Shown here: piece after piece, positions 13,782 through 27,224 of the stretch
Position numbering within the stretch: position 1 is the stretch's first letter
How the letters are laid out: every line of letters starts with the position of its first letter
Translations under genes and position numbers: made by a program
Notes under the pieces: model-generated
The model's database searches: none
What the model saw: only the letters and a program-made list of their open reading frames with translations
What the model was told of the DNA's origin: nothing
Assembly (NCBI RefSeq): GCF_006345805.1
Contig: NC_043011.1
Coordinates: 930,001 to 994,000 of the forward strand
Length of the DNA: 64,000 nucleotides
From: Octopus sinensis
Lineage: Eukaryota
Direction of reading: 5' to 3'

Positions 13782-14678
13782 CTTCCTTGTCTTGATATCA
13801 TGCAATAGCTATGTGAGTGCTGCCATTAAATAAGTTGCTATAATTTGTTTCTAATCTGTAAAAATTTGTTTGGTCATGGGTAAATATTGCCTTGCATGGT
13901 AACAAGCAAAGACTGATGACAAATGGCATACATCCATAGAAATTCTATCTCAATAAATTCTGCCTGACCCATGTCAGCATGGAAAGTGGACATTAAAGCA
14001 ATATTTATATGTTTTTCTTATAATTCATTAACTATTCATGTTTTTATCATTTAGTTATATATATCATTCTGAACAAGAGTCATGAGTTTCTGTTGATGTG
14101 TTTAAACTTCTCGTGATTATAGAAACTGATATGAACAATTCTCCTAATATACATAATTTGATATGTTGGCCATTATATGTTCTGTATGAATGTGTCACGT
14201 TCTAATTTGATCACAAAATAGAGAGCTTTCCATTATTGATGCAATCAATATGCAAAGTGTTTGTTCTTTAAGCAGTTGCTAATCATTAATTAATTTAATT
14301 AATTTATCAGTTTAATTAATTGAGTATTTAATTAAATAATTAGTCAAATATAGTCTATTAATGATGCATTTAAGTTGGACATTTATATTGTATTTCTTAA
14401 GGGCAGAAATTAGTGTCATTTGAGCTAGGAGACTGACTATAGAATCTGACAATTTTCACTAAGAGAGTTAAAGCTGGCCTAGCTGGTAAGACAGACTGAT
14501 TGGAAGCATTAATGGTTCATACCTTGTCACTAGTATTAGCACTGATTGTATGACCAAAACACATAACTGTTAGCTAAAGAATGATGTACAAGTTATTGCT
14601 ACTCTAAGTAACAATAAAATTGCATCACAGAAATAAGTTGATGTTTTTACATGGTTCAATTAAAATTCAAGTATAATA

Positions 14679-14936
14679 GTGCCGGTGGCACGTAAAAAGC
14701 ACCATCTGATCATGGCCGTTTGCCAGACTCATCTGGCACCTGTGCCGGTGGCATGTAAAAAGCACCCACTACACTCATGGAGTGGTTGGCGTTAGGAAGG
14801 GCATCCAGCCGTAGAAACATTGCCAGATCAGACTGGGCCTGGTGCAGCCATCTGGCTTCCCAAACCCCAGTTGAACCGTCCAACCCATGCTAGCATGGAA
14901 AGTGGACGCTAAACGATGATGATGATGATGATGATG
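14679..14936 (+). mobile_element. SINE family B
   Basis: Matches 9483-9763; (GAT)n tail. Confidence 0.88.
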
Positions 14937-15840
14937 AATAGATACATAGTATCACTGGACCTCTGAAAATAAGCTAGGTCATCAGTGATGACACACTTCT
15001 GTTTCCCAATGCTCACCTATTCTACACACTAAATAGATTACGTTTCTCATTTTTAATAATTGAGTCCTTGCAGGATATTTTAAAATACCAAAAAAGGATA
15101 TGTGCTTAGGAAGATCGTGGGCAATGAGGTAACACATTGATGTAGACGTTTGTTTCCCTCAAATGTCCACAATCTTTGATTATTGGTCAGTTCAGTCAGG
15201 GCTGAAATATAACTAAATGATAAAAATATGAATAGTAAATTAATTATAAGATGACAATAATTCTATGTCTGTAGAAAATATTTAGAGTGAAATTTGAGGT
15301 AGTTGAAACATTATCATTTTATAACCAGTTTGGATAAAGTTCAGAGAGCAGAATTTTGCATGTAAGAAATAATAAGTTTTTGTATGAGATCAAATTCTAA
15401 GTCACTTCTTTCTCTAAAACTAAAAACAAGAACATTGAATAAGTGAAGTGTGTATGAAGCCATAATCTATTATATAAAATCCATTCTGTCTGTCTGTGTG
15501 TGTGTCTTCTAGGATCTCGGGCATCCTCCATCTGATTGCGCTCAAATTTGATATGTAGATACCGATGGTATCAGGGCATGTATAAGTCATGAAAAATTTA
15601 CAAAAATCGATTCCAGGTGAGAATGCAATCAATAAAACCATGGGAACTTGCATTTGTACACGCAAGTAAGATGCAAAAGAGATATTTTCTTCGAACTTGG
15701 CATGAAGGAAGGAAAGACTATTTGGTTTCTCAAGAAGATTTTTTTGCCTTAACTTCGTTTAACAAAACCAAAAATTTTATTGAAATAAAGGCATGCTTAA
15801 TTATTTTTTAATGAAAAGAAAGCACTATATTGTGTTGAGT

Positions 15841-16012
15841 AAGGTGGTGAGCTGGCAGAATCATTAGCATGTCAGGTAAAATGCTTACCAACATATCATC
15901 CATCTTTACGTTCTGTGCTCAAATTCCATCAAAGTCCACTTTGCCTTTCATCCTTTCAGGGTCAATAAAATAAGTAACAGTTGAGCACTGGGGTGGATGT
16001 CATCCCCTCCTC
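15841..16012 (+). mobile_element. Older tRNA-headed Nin/Deu-domain-like SINE (family E)
   Basis: GGTGAGCTGGCAGAATC head; GCCTTTCATCCTTTCAGGGTCAATAAAATAAGTA domain. Confidence 0.6.
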
Positions 16013-16079
16013 CATGCTTGGTAACAGGTCTGGAAGCTGGCCCTTGCTTAAACATTAGGATTGAGGGGAAAATATCTCC

Positions 16080-16342
16080 CTTAGCATACTACTTGTCCTT
16101 AGTTTACTTCCAGTTTTTGCAGCACTTCCTCAATCAAGAGGAGATGGAAGCTTCAGTGAAAGAGTTCTTCACCTCAAAGAACATGAATTGGTATCAATGT
16201 GGGATCAAAGAACTGGCAGAAAGGTGGCTTCAGATGGTGCAACATGATGGCCTCTACTTTGAATACATGGCTGCTTTTGTATCTTGATGAATAACACAAA
16301 TAAGTTACCAAAATATTGCAAAACTTTTGCTTCAACACAATA
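16080..16342 (+). mobile_element. mariner transposon 3' fragment
   Basis: SVKEFFTSK..WYQCGIKELAERW..MVQHDGLYFE matches the mariner transposase C-terminus, followed by a TIR-like end. Confidence 0.75.
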
Positions 16343-19300
16343 TTTTGCACAAAATTTCTTTAAAACTGAATTCATATTTTTAAACTTCTTGTCTATTTCA
16401 TCTATCTTCCTGTTATTATCTCAGTTTTATAGTGATTTTATTTTTTAATGTGATCTACATGTTTGTTTTGCTATTTTGGTGGTAAAAGAATTATTCTATA
16501 TTAAATTAAATTTTTGAAAACTAATCTAAGATTGAACATAGAATACAAATATGTGAAGATAAGAGTAACTGTAATCATGAAAGATTATTTATATTTGATT
16601 GTTGTTCCCATATACACAGTAACTGTATCTACTCTTAATTTATATGTATGTGAAAATAGAAGAAAAGAACTTTGAGAATTTTAAAAAATGTAAAATTTTA
16701 ACAAGTCAGATATTCTTTTGTATATGATATTTTGTTGACAAGCAGGGGTAGCATTGTGCGTCTCCTATGTTAAATAGTTGAAAGAAGGTTGTAAACAGAT
16801 GATAAAAAAAAAATCAATACTATAAAAGAAAAAGAAAATGAATAACTTTACTTGATTAAAGACACCAAAAGGTTAAGACTGATGAAACAATACAAAGCTG
16901 AATCAGCAACTGTGACTCAACCCTGTCCCTCAAAGAAATCATAAAAAGATCATGGACACTCTAGCTTAAAGACAATCATTACTAATTTACAGCACTTCAA
17001 ATTGAATATTGATCTTGTTAAACATATTAATTTCTCACAATTGATTCTGTCTCTTTGTGTAGATGAGACCTGCAAGATCTGATGTGTAACACTTGAAATC
17101 ATATTAGATAATAATACTAATAATAATGGTTTCAAATTTTGGTCAAAATGAAAAACAAAAAAAAATTTTGGAAGGACCAAAATGTCCAAAATTGCCCCTA
17201 AAAGGGCAGGCTTTCAACAAGGACCCTTATAGATGACGAAAAGGGTCCCAAAATAACAATTGAAACAAAAAAACCAATAACCTTCGAAAAATGACAACAA
17301 ATTTCCCAACTCATGCAGCTCACAAAAAACTCATCCACAGATTTATTTCATGTTTATTTCCTTTAATAAGTGAGGTTAAATTGGGCACTCTACCTCAGAG
17401 TTTGCTTAGTTGCTCTCTCCAACTGTGCATTTTTGAAACATTTTGCACTGAAAGATATCTATATCATGAAGATATCCTTTTTAAAGTTCAATATGATATT
17501 TTAATTTTACGAGCCATCTATTCTTTACATGTAGTATGTAATATATCCTAAACCTAACTGTTTCTGTGTTATAAGTTCTGAGAATCTTTGGTATCACTGA
17601 TGTGTAATTTTTTCAATTAACTGCTCTTAATTTTTTGAAGAATAGTGAATCTTATTTCATCTTTGTTTTTTGTATTTGTTTTTTGTTATTTTCTTGAGGT
17701 GGAATTTCATTGTTGTTCAGAAGAAATTATTCCTCCTCACTTTCTTTTCAATGTTTGTGTTGCCTTTCTTTTAGCGATCTTTCTGCTTTTCTCTTTGATA
17801 TTTTCATTTTTAGTTATTTCATCCTCAATGCACAATGATGGTTTGGTACTATAGGTCAGTATTTCTAGGGGATAAGGTATTTGATCGTCTTTTTGTGATA
17901 CCGAGTTCTTTAACTAAGTCCAGAAATTTGACTGGTGGTACTTTGAAAACTAGGGTTTCACTGGTGGTACTTTGAAAACTGGGGTTTGTTGTCCCTTTTT
18001 GCTGTTGCTTTCTTCATTTTTACTTAGTTTTGTTGCTTTTCAGTAGATTCAGGTCTTAAGTGTGTTTTGACAAATGTATAACAACTAAGCCCTCTAGTCT
18101 GTATCACCAGTCTTTTGTTCTTTGCTTTGTCTCTGCTATTTTGACTGAGTACAATTCAAGTATTGCTCTGTGACTTTCAAGGATAATTAGTATTTGTAAG
18201 TCCATTTTGATATCCCTTGATTACAACTCCCCTTTCTTTAAGCTTGCTTCAACCAGTTTACCATACTACAATACAAAAGTAGCAACTAACCATGAGTCTT
18301 TTATTGTAATTCTTGTGTTTCTTTAACTCATATATTGGTGCATATATATAATATACATATATGTATGTATATGTAAAAAAAATACAAACTGGGACATGAA
18401 CGCAAAACATTTAGAAGACAATACAAAAAACACAGATGGGACATTCGAAGCCTTCAATCTTCAGTCAAGAACCAAATCATCCTTGCAATTTTGGCTATAT
18501 ATACACACACAAATATTAAATGAAATAGAGAAATACCATTGACAAACTAAAAATTTATTTACATTATAATATAATATACTATAAAAAATATAATATAACA
18601 ACAAATTAAAAAAAACACATATAAAGCTAACAATTTGTTTTGACTTATATACAGTAGTTAATTTATGAAATTTTCTATCTATGTATACAAGTCTCTTCAG
18701 GGCCTTGGATAAAATAACAAAACAGAAAAAAAAAAATGAAATTTCATGTAAGGCTTGCAAAAATACTGATTCAAAAATACCCATGTTTAGAAGCGTGAGC
18801 GTTAATGATTCAAATACATAAGAAGTACAATAAAATGAATAACAAAATTGAAAAGAAAATTTACAACAGTCATAAAATGTTCATATGCATTTCCAATAAT
18901 ATTAATCACAAAGTATTTAATTGAAAATAATCACTGGGCATTTTATATTATAATATCAATATCTATGTAATATATTAAAAAATTAATGGTGGAGTAGGAA
19001 ATGTATTTTATTTAAAATTACTACATATGATGAAAAACGATAAATTAATAAGGATATCTTTAATTCTGACAGTAAATTCTATAAAAAATTTCTTACTCGA
19101 TAATTCATTCACTCTATATTTTACTACCAATTAACGATAGAATATAGAGACACGTACATCCTTAAAATTTATTTCTTTTTAGTTTACAATGCCATACAGT
19201 ATATTTTTATGGTTATGACGACCTACATTTGTTACTACAGGGTTAGGGCTAGAAATTAATTATTGATACTACTCCAGCCTTTGCCAGGGTCCTTTCTCAA

Positions 19301-19826
19301 CACTGGTATCTCATTCAGGGATACACAACAGAAAAATTTCTCAATCTGCTGCCTAAATTAATAATTACCTTTCTTGTCCAGTAATTAACAAATTTGGCAA
19401 GTATCTGTAAATGTGGGAAATACCTTACAAAGTAAGTGATTTATCCAGGGCACAACCTGTTACTCACTTTTTCTGATGCTTTACATCATCTACAGAGAGC
19501 TGCAGCAAGCCATTGGGGAAGTAAACCTTGTTGTCCAGTTCATTGCAACCTACTTGGAACAAACAAAGTGTTGCTGGGAAACTACACATATCAACCTGGA
19601 ATCAAGTAGCAAAAGCTCATCCTGGTCTGTCGGAAACTGAATAATGGTTTTGTTTTCTTGTCATACTCCTGTCATACTGGTCCATTGAATAGATTTTTGC
19701 TTTCTTGTGTCTAACAAACATAAGCCTTAGTTCAATGCACTCATGTTTTGTGGTAAAATGTTTGGGGCCCATTTTCACAGCTAGTAATCATCTGTGATCT
19801 TTTTCCCAGTTACCTCTCTGGCACTG

Positions 19827-20050
19827 CTGGCTTTCCATACTTTGTGATTTTGGCACCGCTGGCTTCTCATACTTTGTGATTTTGGCACCGCTGGCCTTCC
19901 ATACTTTTTGATTTGGGCACCGCTGGCCTTCCATACTTTTTGATTTGGGCACCGCTGGCCTTCCATACTTTTTGATTTTGGCACCACTGGCCTTCCATAC
20001 TTTTTGATTTAGGCACCGCTTGCCTTCCGTACTTTGTGATTTTGGCACCG
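19827..20050. repeat. 32-bp minisatellite, 7 units
   Basis: Unit CTGGCCTTCCATACTTTTTGATTTGGGCACCG; unit starts at 19827, 19859, 19891 and onward. Confidence 0.95.
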
Positions 20051-20057
20051 CTGGCCT

Positions 20058-20735
20058 TGTGATTTTTCGAAAATTTTCACCGAAAATTATCCACAAAAAT
20101 TTTTCGAAAATTTTACCCAAGACTTTTTCCAAAATTTTCCACAAAAGTTTTTCCAAAATTTTCACGGAAAACTTTCCCCCAAAATTTTTCGAAAATTTTA
20201 CCCAAAAATTTTTCCAAAATTCTAACCGAAACTTTTATCCAAAATTTTGACCAAAAATTTTCCCCAAAAATTTTTCGAAAATTTTCACCGAAAATTTTCT
20301 CGAAAAATTTCCCCAAAAATTTTTCCCCGAAAATTTTCCCCCAAAATATTTCGAAAATTTTCACCGAAAATTTTATCCAAAAATTTTTCGAAAATTATCC
20401 CCAAAAATTTTTCGGAAATTTTCACTGAAAATTTTCCACAAAAATTTTTCGAAAATTTTACCCAAAAACTTTTCCAAAATTTTCACCGAAAATTTTTCCA
20501 AAATTTTGACCAAAAATTTTCCACAAAAATTTTTCGAATATTTTCCACAAATTTTTCGAAAATTTTCACCGAAAATCTTCCCCAAAAATTTTTCCAAAAT
20601 TCTCACCGAAAATTTTCCCCAAAAATTTTGCGAAAATTTTTACTGAAAATTTTACCCAAAAATTTTTCGAAAATTTTTGCCGAAAATTTTCCCCAGATTT
20701 TCTCGAAAAATTTCCCCAAAAATTTTTCAGTGAAA
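20058..20735. repeat. A4-5/T4-5-tract satellite of 11-13-bp subunits
   Basis: Recurrent AAAATTTTCCCC, AAAAATTTTTCG and AAAATTTTCACCG subunits. Confidence 0.93.
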
Positions 20736-22207
20736 AGTCAAACTTATAGATGATGAATTTGTGGTTTCTGTAGCTGAGAGTTTGAGAACTTGAACACCAT
20801 AAACTATCTCTATTCCCAGACAAAACAAGTATTCACACACATACGCACACTGCACATTTTTGCTTGATGTTTACACCCCTTCTCCTATCAGCTAGTCATA
20901 GTGCATCTAAAATGTAATTCCAGTCACCTGGAATTCATTTCCAGAATTCATTTAGGCATCTCAAGAAACTTAATCAGTTTGCCCTGGGTAGATATTATTG
21001 GCCTCTAGTCCCTGCTATTTATGTCCTGAACTCTTGATTTGTAAAATGTTTAGGAAAATCATCTGAATCTTGAGGCCTAAATTGTTTTGAAACTACACAG
21101 TTACCATTCCATATAACAAAAACTCTGTGATAAAATATCACAATAAAATATTTTGGGGAAGGTAGTCAAGAACTTGAAAATCTTGAGTTACAAGCTATGG
21201 TTATGATTTCAAACGTAGTCTAAGGAATTATAATGTATATGTAGGGATAGCTGAAGATTATTAATGATCTGGTTGAGAAGCACATAATGTTCAGCACAAA
21301 CTAATAAAAATTAACTTATCGCTAAAAATGCATCATATCAATAGTGTAGATATTATTTTAACCTTTCGGTGGAAGGTAAATGTTTTTGAATCCAGCTCTT
21401 TGTTAAATCGTTGGTTTTCTTTCAATGTTTAACCTCTTCTTGATCAATGACACTGCTCGCCTTGCTAACCTTATTTGAGATGTTTCCAATAACAAAGCAC
21501 AGACATACATCCATAACTATAATAATATCTAGTATACTGCCAAAACGCATCTAAACAACACCTCTTAGCACAAAATAAGTAAATGACTTGTTACAGAAAA
21601 ATATCTTCCTTTAAAAGATTAATTGGATTTAAAAGAAAAAAGTCCGTACCAACTACATAAACAAATCTAACAGCACCAACAATATCACATAAGAAGGTAA
21701 AAAAAACTGTAACTTTCATAAACCATCATATAATTACACGCCTTTGCCTTATCTATCTGCTCTACTATCTCTCTCTCTTTCTTTCTATCTGTCTCTTGGG
21801 ATGCTCAACATGTTCCTTCATTTCTCGTAACAATTTCTAATGTGGTGATGGTTCATAAAAGATTGCATGAGGTTAAACTGACATAATCATTACTGAAATG
21901 CTCGAAAAAATGATGTAAGTAAATAATTTCAAACTATGTATCCTTACTCACTGAATATGACAGCAAGCTGAGCTGTGACATGGATTTTGTTATAACATGG
22001 ATTTTCTTTCTTCTGAGACATCTTTTACAAAATGCATAATGTCATGGACTTTTGTGAGCACATTATTTCTGTCTGTCTGTCTGTCTATATATTCTGTTGA
22101 AGAGCAAAGGCTCGAAATGTAAGACTTTTCTCACCTTCCCGAGCGTTAAACTAATACACCTGTTTGTTGTTTACACACCTTTGTCCTTTTTTGTTGTAAA
22201 TGCCAAC

Positions 22208-22245
<38 letters not shown>

Positions 22246-22349
22246 CATCCCAGAGGGGGGACAGGATAAACTACCTGCATCAACTTGCTATAAAAGCAGG
22301 TAGTAATTTTACCTTGTTTTTTTTCTAAGTGCTAGTTTTGAAGAGTGTA

Positions 22350-23100
22350 GTTCGATATTAAATTATCTTTTTTGAAGCTATAATAGAAATGTCAAAGGAG
22401 CATATTTGGGGTATTTTGTTTTATGAGTTCAAGAAAATCAACAATGCAAATGCATGGAATATTAATGCAGTATATGGGGATCAGACAGTAAATGTAAGCC
22501 AGGGTCAATGGTGATTCCAGACATTCTGAGCTGGAAACTACAGCCTAGAAGATGAGCCTCATTCTGGAAGATCTGTAGAGCTCGACAAGGATGTCCTGCA
22601 AACCCTGGTGGAACAAAATCTCATCGTAGCTGTTGAGGAACTAACAAAGTAGCTTGCATTTGGTCATTCAAACATTCATCAATACTTGCATGCCATCGGA
22701 AAAGTCAGCAAATTGGGTCAATGGGTTCCTCACAAACTTACCAAGTCTAATTGCATGCAGGGAGTGAATGTGTGCTCTTCTTTGCTGAGCTGAATATTGA
22801 CTGGTGATGAGAAATGGGTTCTCTATAAAAATGTCAAGTGCTGAGACAGTGGGTAGAGAAAGGAGAGACACTTGCTCCCCAGGTTAAAGGTCTTCACCCA
22901 AGCAAGGTATTGCTTTCTGTTTGGTGGGATATGAAAGGTTTAGTCCACTGAGCTTTTAAACCCAAACCAAACAATAACAAAGAATATCTACTGTGAGCAG
23001 CTTAAGCCAGCATTAGAAGAAAAATTACTATATTTGGTTTGAAGATGAAAGGTGCTCTTCCATGAGAATAGACTACTCTTTCACAAATCGCATGAAGCCC
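22350..23100 (+). mobile_element. Degenerate mariner transposase (N-terminal two-thirds)
   Basis: From ATG near 22399: FYEFK, SLEDEPHSGR, GKVSKLGQWVPHKL (WVPHEL motif), LTGDEKWVLY (first catalytic D), VLLSVWWDMKG. Multiple stops. Confidence 0.9.
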
Positions 23101-23463
23101 ATTGGGGTCATAGTGTTGTAAGGGATTGTGATTCATTTCTAATTCATTTATCTCTTTACCAACTACTAAATCTAAGCCTAGAGGACTGTGTCTAATTAGA
23201 ATAATTATTAAATATAATAAAATCATGGGATATTATCTTATATGGTGAATTAAATTGTATTTCATATGTTATGAGCTATATGTTATGCTATGTGGTGTGT
23301 TATATGTAATTACTATTCCATGATCACTCCTGCCTAGTTAGTCTGACTTCATATTTTTGGTAATTACACCACCTTTTCCTTTCTGTAATAACTTTATGTA
23401 AGTAAGTCTCCTTTTGACTAACTTACGTACACCCTAGAAGCATTTAAATCATATATACAGCCC

Positions 23464-23664
23464 TGTCTGGCACCTGTGCTGGTGGCATGTAAAAAGCACC
23501 CACTACACTCACGGAGTGGTTGGTGTTAGGAAGGGTATCCAGCCGTAGAAACATTGCCAGATCAGACTGGGCCTGGTGCAGCCTTCTGGCTTCCCAGACC
23601 CCAGTTGAACCGTCCAACCCATGCTAGCATGGAAAGCGAACGCTAAATGAAAATGATGATGATG
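23464..23664 (+). mobile_element. SINE family B, 5'-truncated
   Basis: Matches the 3' part of 9483-9763. Confidence 0.87.
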
Positions 23665-23956
23665 CAATAGCACGTGTAACATTACAGCTTATGAAATCTC
23701 TTCTGTTTGAATACCTGTAACTGCCATCACTACATCCATACCTACTACCTCCTCTTTTCAGGTTACCTTTATCTCTTCCCTACCTCAAATTTTAATCTCC
23801 TGTCTCATTAAATGTAGGTTATATGTATTTCTTATTATTTTCTATAAATTCTTATTTTGATATCCTTACCTATTAACCTCTTATCCCTTATAAGTTGTAC
23901 TGTTTTTAAATAGATATTTTTCAGCTACTGTGTGAGATGGTTATACTATATCCATA

Positions 23957-24259
23957 TGACCGTGACTGACCAGGCTATCAGATTTTGCTACACATCGCTG
24001 GTCACAATGCACTTCGCATTGTTTTAGCCTTCAAATGACACCACCCCGCTCACTAAGTGAGGAGGCCGACAGAAGAAAGAGTGAGAGAAAGTTGTGGCGA
24101 AAGAGTACAGCAGGGATCGCCACCACCCCCTGCAGGAGCCTTGTGGAATTTTAGGTGTTTTCGCTCAATAAACACTCACAATGCCTGGCCTGGGAATCGA
24201 AACCGTGATCCTATGACCGCGAGTCCACTGCCCTAACCACTGGGCCATTGGGCCTCCAC
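23957..24259 (-). mobile_element. Family-D-related tRNA SINE with an alternative 3' tail and a 12-bp TSD
   Basis: TSD ACTATATCCATA at 23945-23956 and 24260-24271. Head and pyrimidine tract are shared with family D; the tail differs. Confidence 0.85.
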
Positions 24260-25639
24260 ACTATATCCATAGAAACATATAAATATTTGTGTATGTGTAT
24301 ATATGCCTATAAGCACATAACCTATTAACCTCATATCCCTTATAAATTGGTATTTTTCTAGTTCATAAACTGAAACTCTTCAGATACTTAAGTCTATGCA
24401 AGATGGTTATACTATATCCATATAAATGTATAAATATTTATGTATGTGTGCATGTGTGCACATATATAAATATGTGTGTGTATCTGTACACATCTTTATT
24501 TTTTCTGATTCATGGCTTATAATTAACATAAATATAGCATGTATATTTTTTCCAGTATTCCATAAGTAAATACCCTGAGCAGTCTTTATAGAAACTGCCT
24601 AATGAGTAATTAAGTAGATGAATGAATTTTAAACTGATTCTATGTATGTAATCTTTCCTTTTTAATATTTATAATTGATATATACTCACATTTTACCTAT
24701 TTTGGTTATGATATCATGCCAGCATGAAAAGCAGATATTAAATTATGATGATGACTTCACCTAGAACTGGTTCCACCAATGATTCCATCTTTTCTAGCCT
24801 TTCTCTCAGAGCATATCCATCACTATAAATCTAGCAAACCTTGGCTACTTGACAGAGAATATTGACAGACACCACAGGAAATGGTCAACAGAGTTGGCAG
24901 GCAGCAGTCAAACGTTTATGATCGGTAATAGCAACACAATGACAAACCACTGTTTGACTGCTTCTACAATTACACCAAGAACAATAACATTGAAATACTT
25001 TCAAAGTTTTGTTGTTCATAATAAGCTTTTAGTTTACAGTGAAAATAAAATTTTTGTTTCTCAAAAGTTTCAAATATCAGTGTTCTCCTTCATTTATATT
25101 ATATATATATATATATATGCATACATGCGTATATATTTGTATATATGTATAGAAATATATGTATATATAAAAAATAAAGTCAGTCACCTCATCAAGCAGA
25201 TCTTCCACCAGCAGGTTATTGGTGTGATGCTACACACTCTATATACAATATATATTTCTAGCAGGGGGAGTGAACCCCTATCATCCTCTAGTAGATAACA
25301 GGGTCATGAGACTGGCTCAGTTTCAAGCTATTTGACTCATCATCAGTTGTGAGCACCTGGTCACCAGAACTATAGCCAGAGTCTGCTCCAACTAGCGATA
25401 TTTTGTAAAAAAAGCGACCATTGGTCATTGATTTGTGGCAAGGAAAATAGCTAGCTGTAAAATCTGAAGAAGAGGTCAGAGTAGTAAATATACTATTAAG
25501 TAATAGAGATTAGATAATTCAACTCGTTCTAGAGACAATTCACCAAAACTGCCAGAGGAGACAAGAGCCTGTACAACTAACTACTGACAATTGATGTAGA
25601 CATCTCTTTTATTCTATCTTTATATTTTATGCTTTACTC

Positions 25640-25937
25640 CCGTAAGTTCTTAAGCAGATCAGGCCGAAAATGTCGCTGGAAGCTAAGATCACCAAGCATA
25701 GATTGGTATATTTCGGTCATATTATGCGGAGAAAATCCCTGGAGAAGGACATCATGCTTGGAATGGTCAGTGGCAAGAGAGGAAGAGGTCGACCAAGAAC
25801 CCACTGGCTTGACACCATCAAGAGGGATACCGGAATGGACATAGCCAATCTGAAAGAAGCGGCCCAGGATAGAACTGACTGGAGGACACTGATCCAACGA
25901 GTGACCGAGAGTCGACTTCGACTGAGCAGATAGATAG
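25640..25937 (+). mobile_element. 5'-truncated RTE/BovB-like LINE with (AGAT)n tail and 11-bp TSD
   Basis: Open C-terminus RLVYFGHIMRR..SLEKDIMLG..SGKRGRGRPRTHWLDTIK; TSD ATGCTTTACTC at 25629-25639 and 25938-25948. Confidence 0.92.
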
Positions 25938-26931
25938 ATGCTTTACTCTGTCTTAATCAAGCTATAGGAAACTACTGGATAACTGTTGGATTTTTGATGA
26001 CTACTTATTTCCTCTTTCCTCTTACACACACACACACACACACATTTATGGAAATATACACCTTCTCCCCTGTGAGTATTCACACTTTTCTTTTGCTCTG
26101 CACCCCCACCCACACATTGACTTTTGGAAGAAGTAACAATGAACGTTTTTCATTGTTTTATGAATAAGCAATTTGACCGGCATACTTCATCACTATTTTT
26201 CCTGCTGTTATTGACTGAATAATTTCCTCCTGGTATTGGCACATCTTGGAAAAAAACCTATTGTGATACATATTTCATAATTCACTTTACTTTGATATTC
26301 CAAACATGTTTCCCTAAAAAATGTTGATTTATCTTTACAATGCCAAAAATAGCTTGTGCGTTTATGAATGAATTCAAGGAAGATTATTGAGTTCTAAAAA
26401 CCTGCTTTGTGCCAACATAATAAAATGTGATCACCATTTGGCAGAGTCCTGTGTGGTGCATGGAGATACGTCAGATGTTAAAGATCATTTAAAATCTCAA
26501 AAATGCAAAGCAAGTTTTGTTGCTATTTTGTCATGATTAGATGCCTTTTTAAAAAAAGTCAGAAATAATCATATTAGAGCTTCTTGTTGCTGTTAAAAAA
26601 AAGTCACTTCTGCTTTTCATACTGTTTCAAGACATCTGACTTGTACATCAAAGTTGGTCTCAAAGCCTTTTGAGCCAAAATTTCATCTAGAAACCATAAT
26701 TTTGAATGTCTAAATCTGAGTTTGCTAAGGACTTAGCAGGGCATATTTTATGACAATTTCTACAGATGCTTTGAATCTAAAATATATTAAAATTATAATT
26801 TTCATTATTCATTATTATATTCCTGGTCAGGAGATAAAGATTAAAGTTTTGGATAAGCACACTGTTCTAACCGAGACTGCTGAGATGATTTTGTCTAATG
26901 TCTTCGTCTCAGTTGTTGGCAATCACAGGTT

Positions 26932-27224
26932 GTGGAGGCACATGGCCTAGTGGTTTGAGCAGCTGACTCGTGGTTGAGGAATCGCAGGTTCAAATCTCAG
27001 ACCGGATGATGTGCATGTTTATGAGCGAAACACCTACGCTCCACGTGGCTCCAGCAGAAGGTAATGGTGAAACTTTTGCTGACTCTTTCGCCACAACTTT
27101 CTCTCACTCTTTCCTCCTGCATCTTGCAGCCTCACCTGTGATGGACCGGCGTCACGTCTAGGTGGGGAACCTATATGCCAAGAAACCTTATGAGCCAGGC
27201 ATGGCTCGAGAAGGAACAAACAAC
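26932..27224 (+). mobile_element. SINE family D
   Basis: Reverse-complement match to 11120-11421; TSD-like AATCACAGGTT/AATCAAAGGTT. Confidence 0.87.

Noticed and set aside
17185-17275. Two short hairpins with GATGACGAAA, a possible hammerhead or degraded Penelope remnant (16900-18500)
   Set aside because: No CUGANGA-stem II-GAAA arrangement, and the protein similarity is too weak to call.
19781-20823. K/F/E-rich and repetitive ORFs
   Set aside because: Tandem-repeat translations that are open in several frames on both strands.
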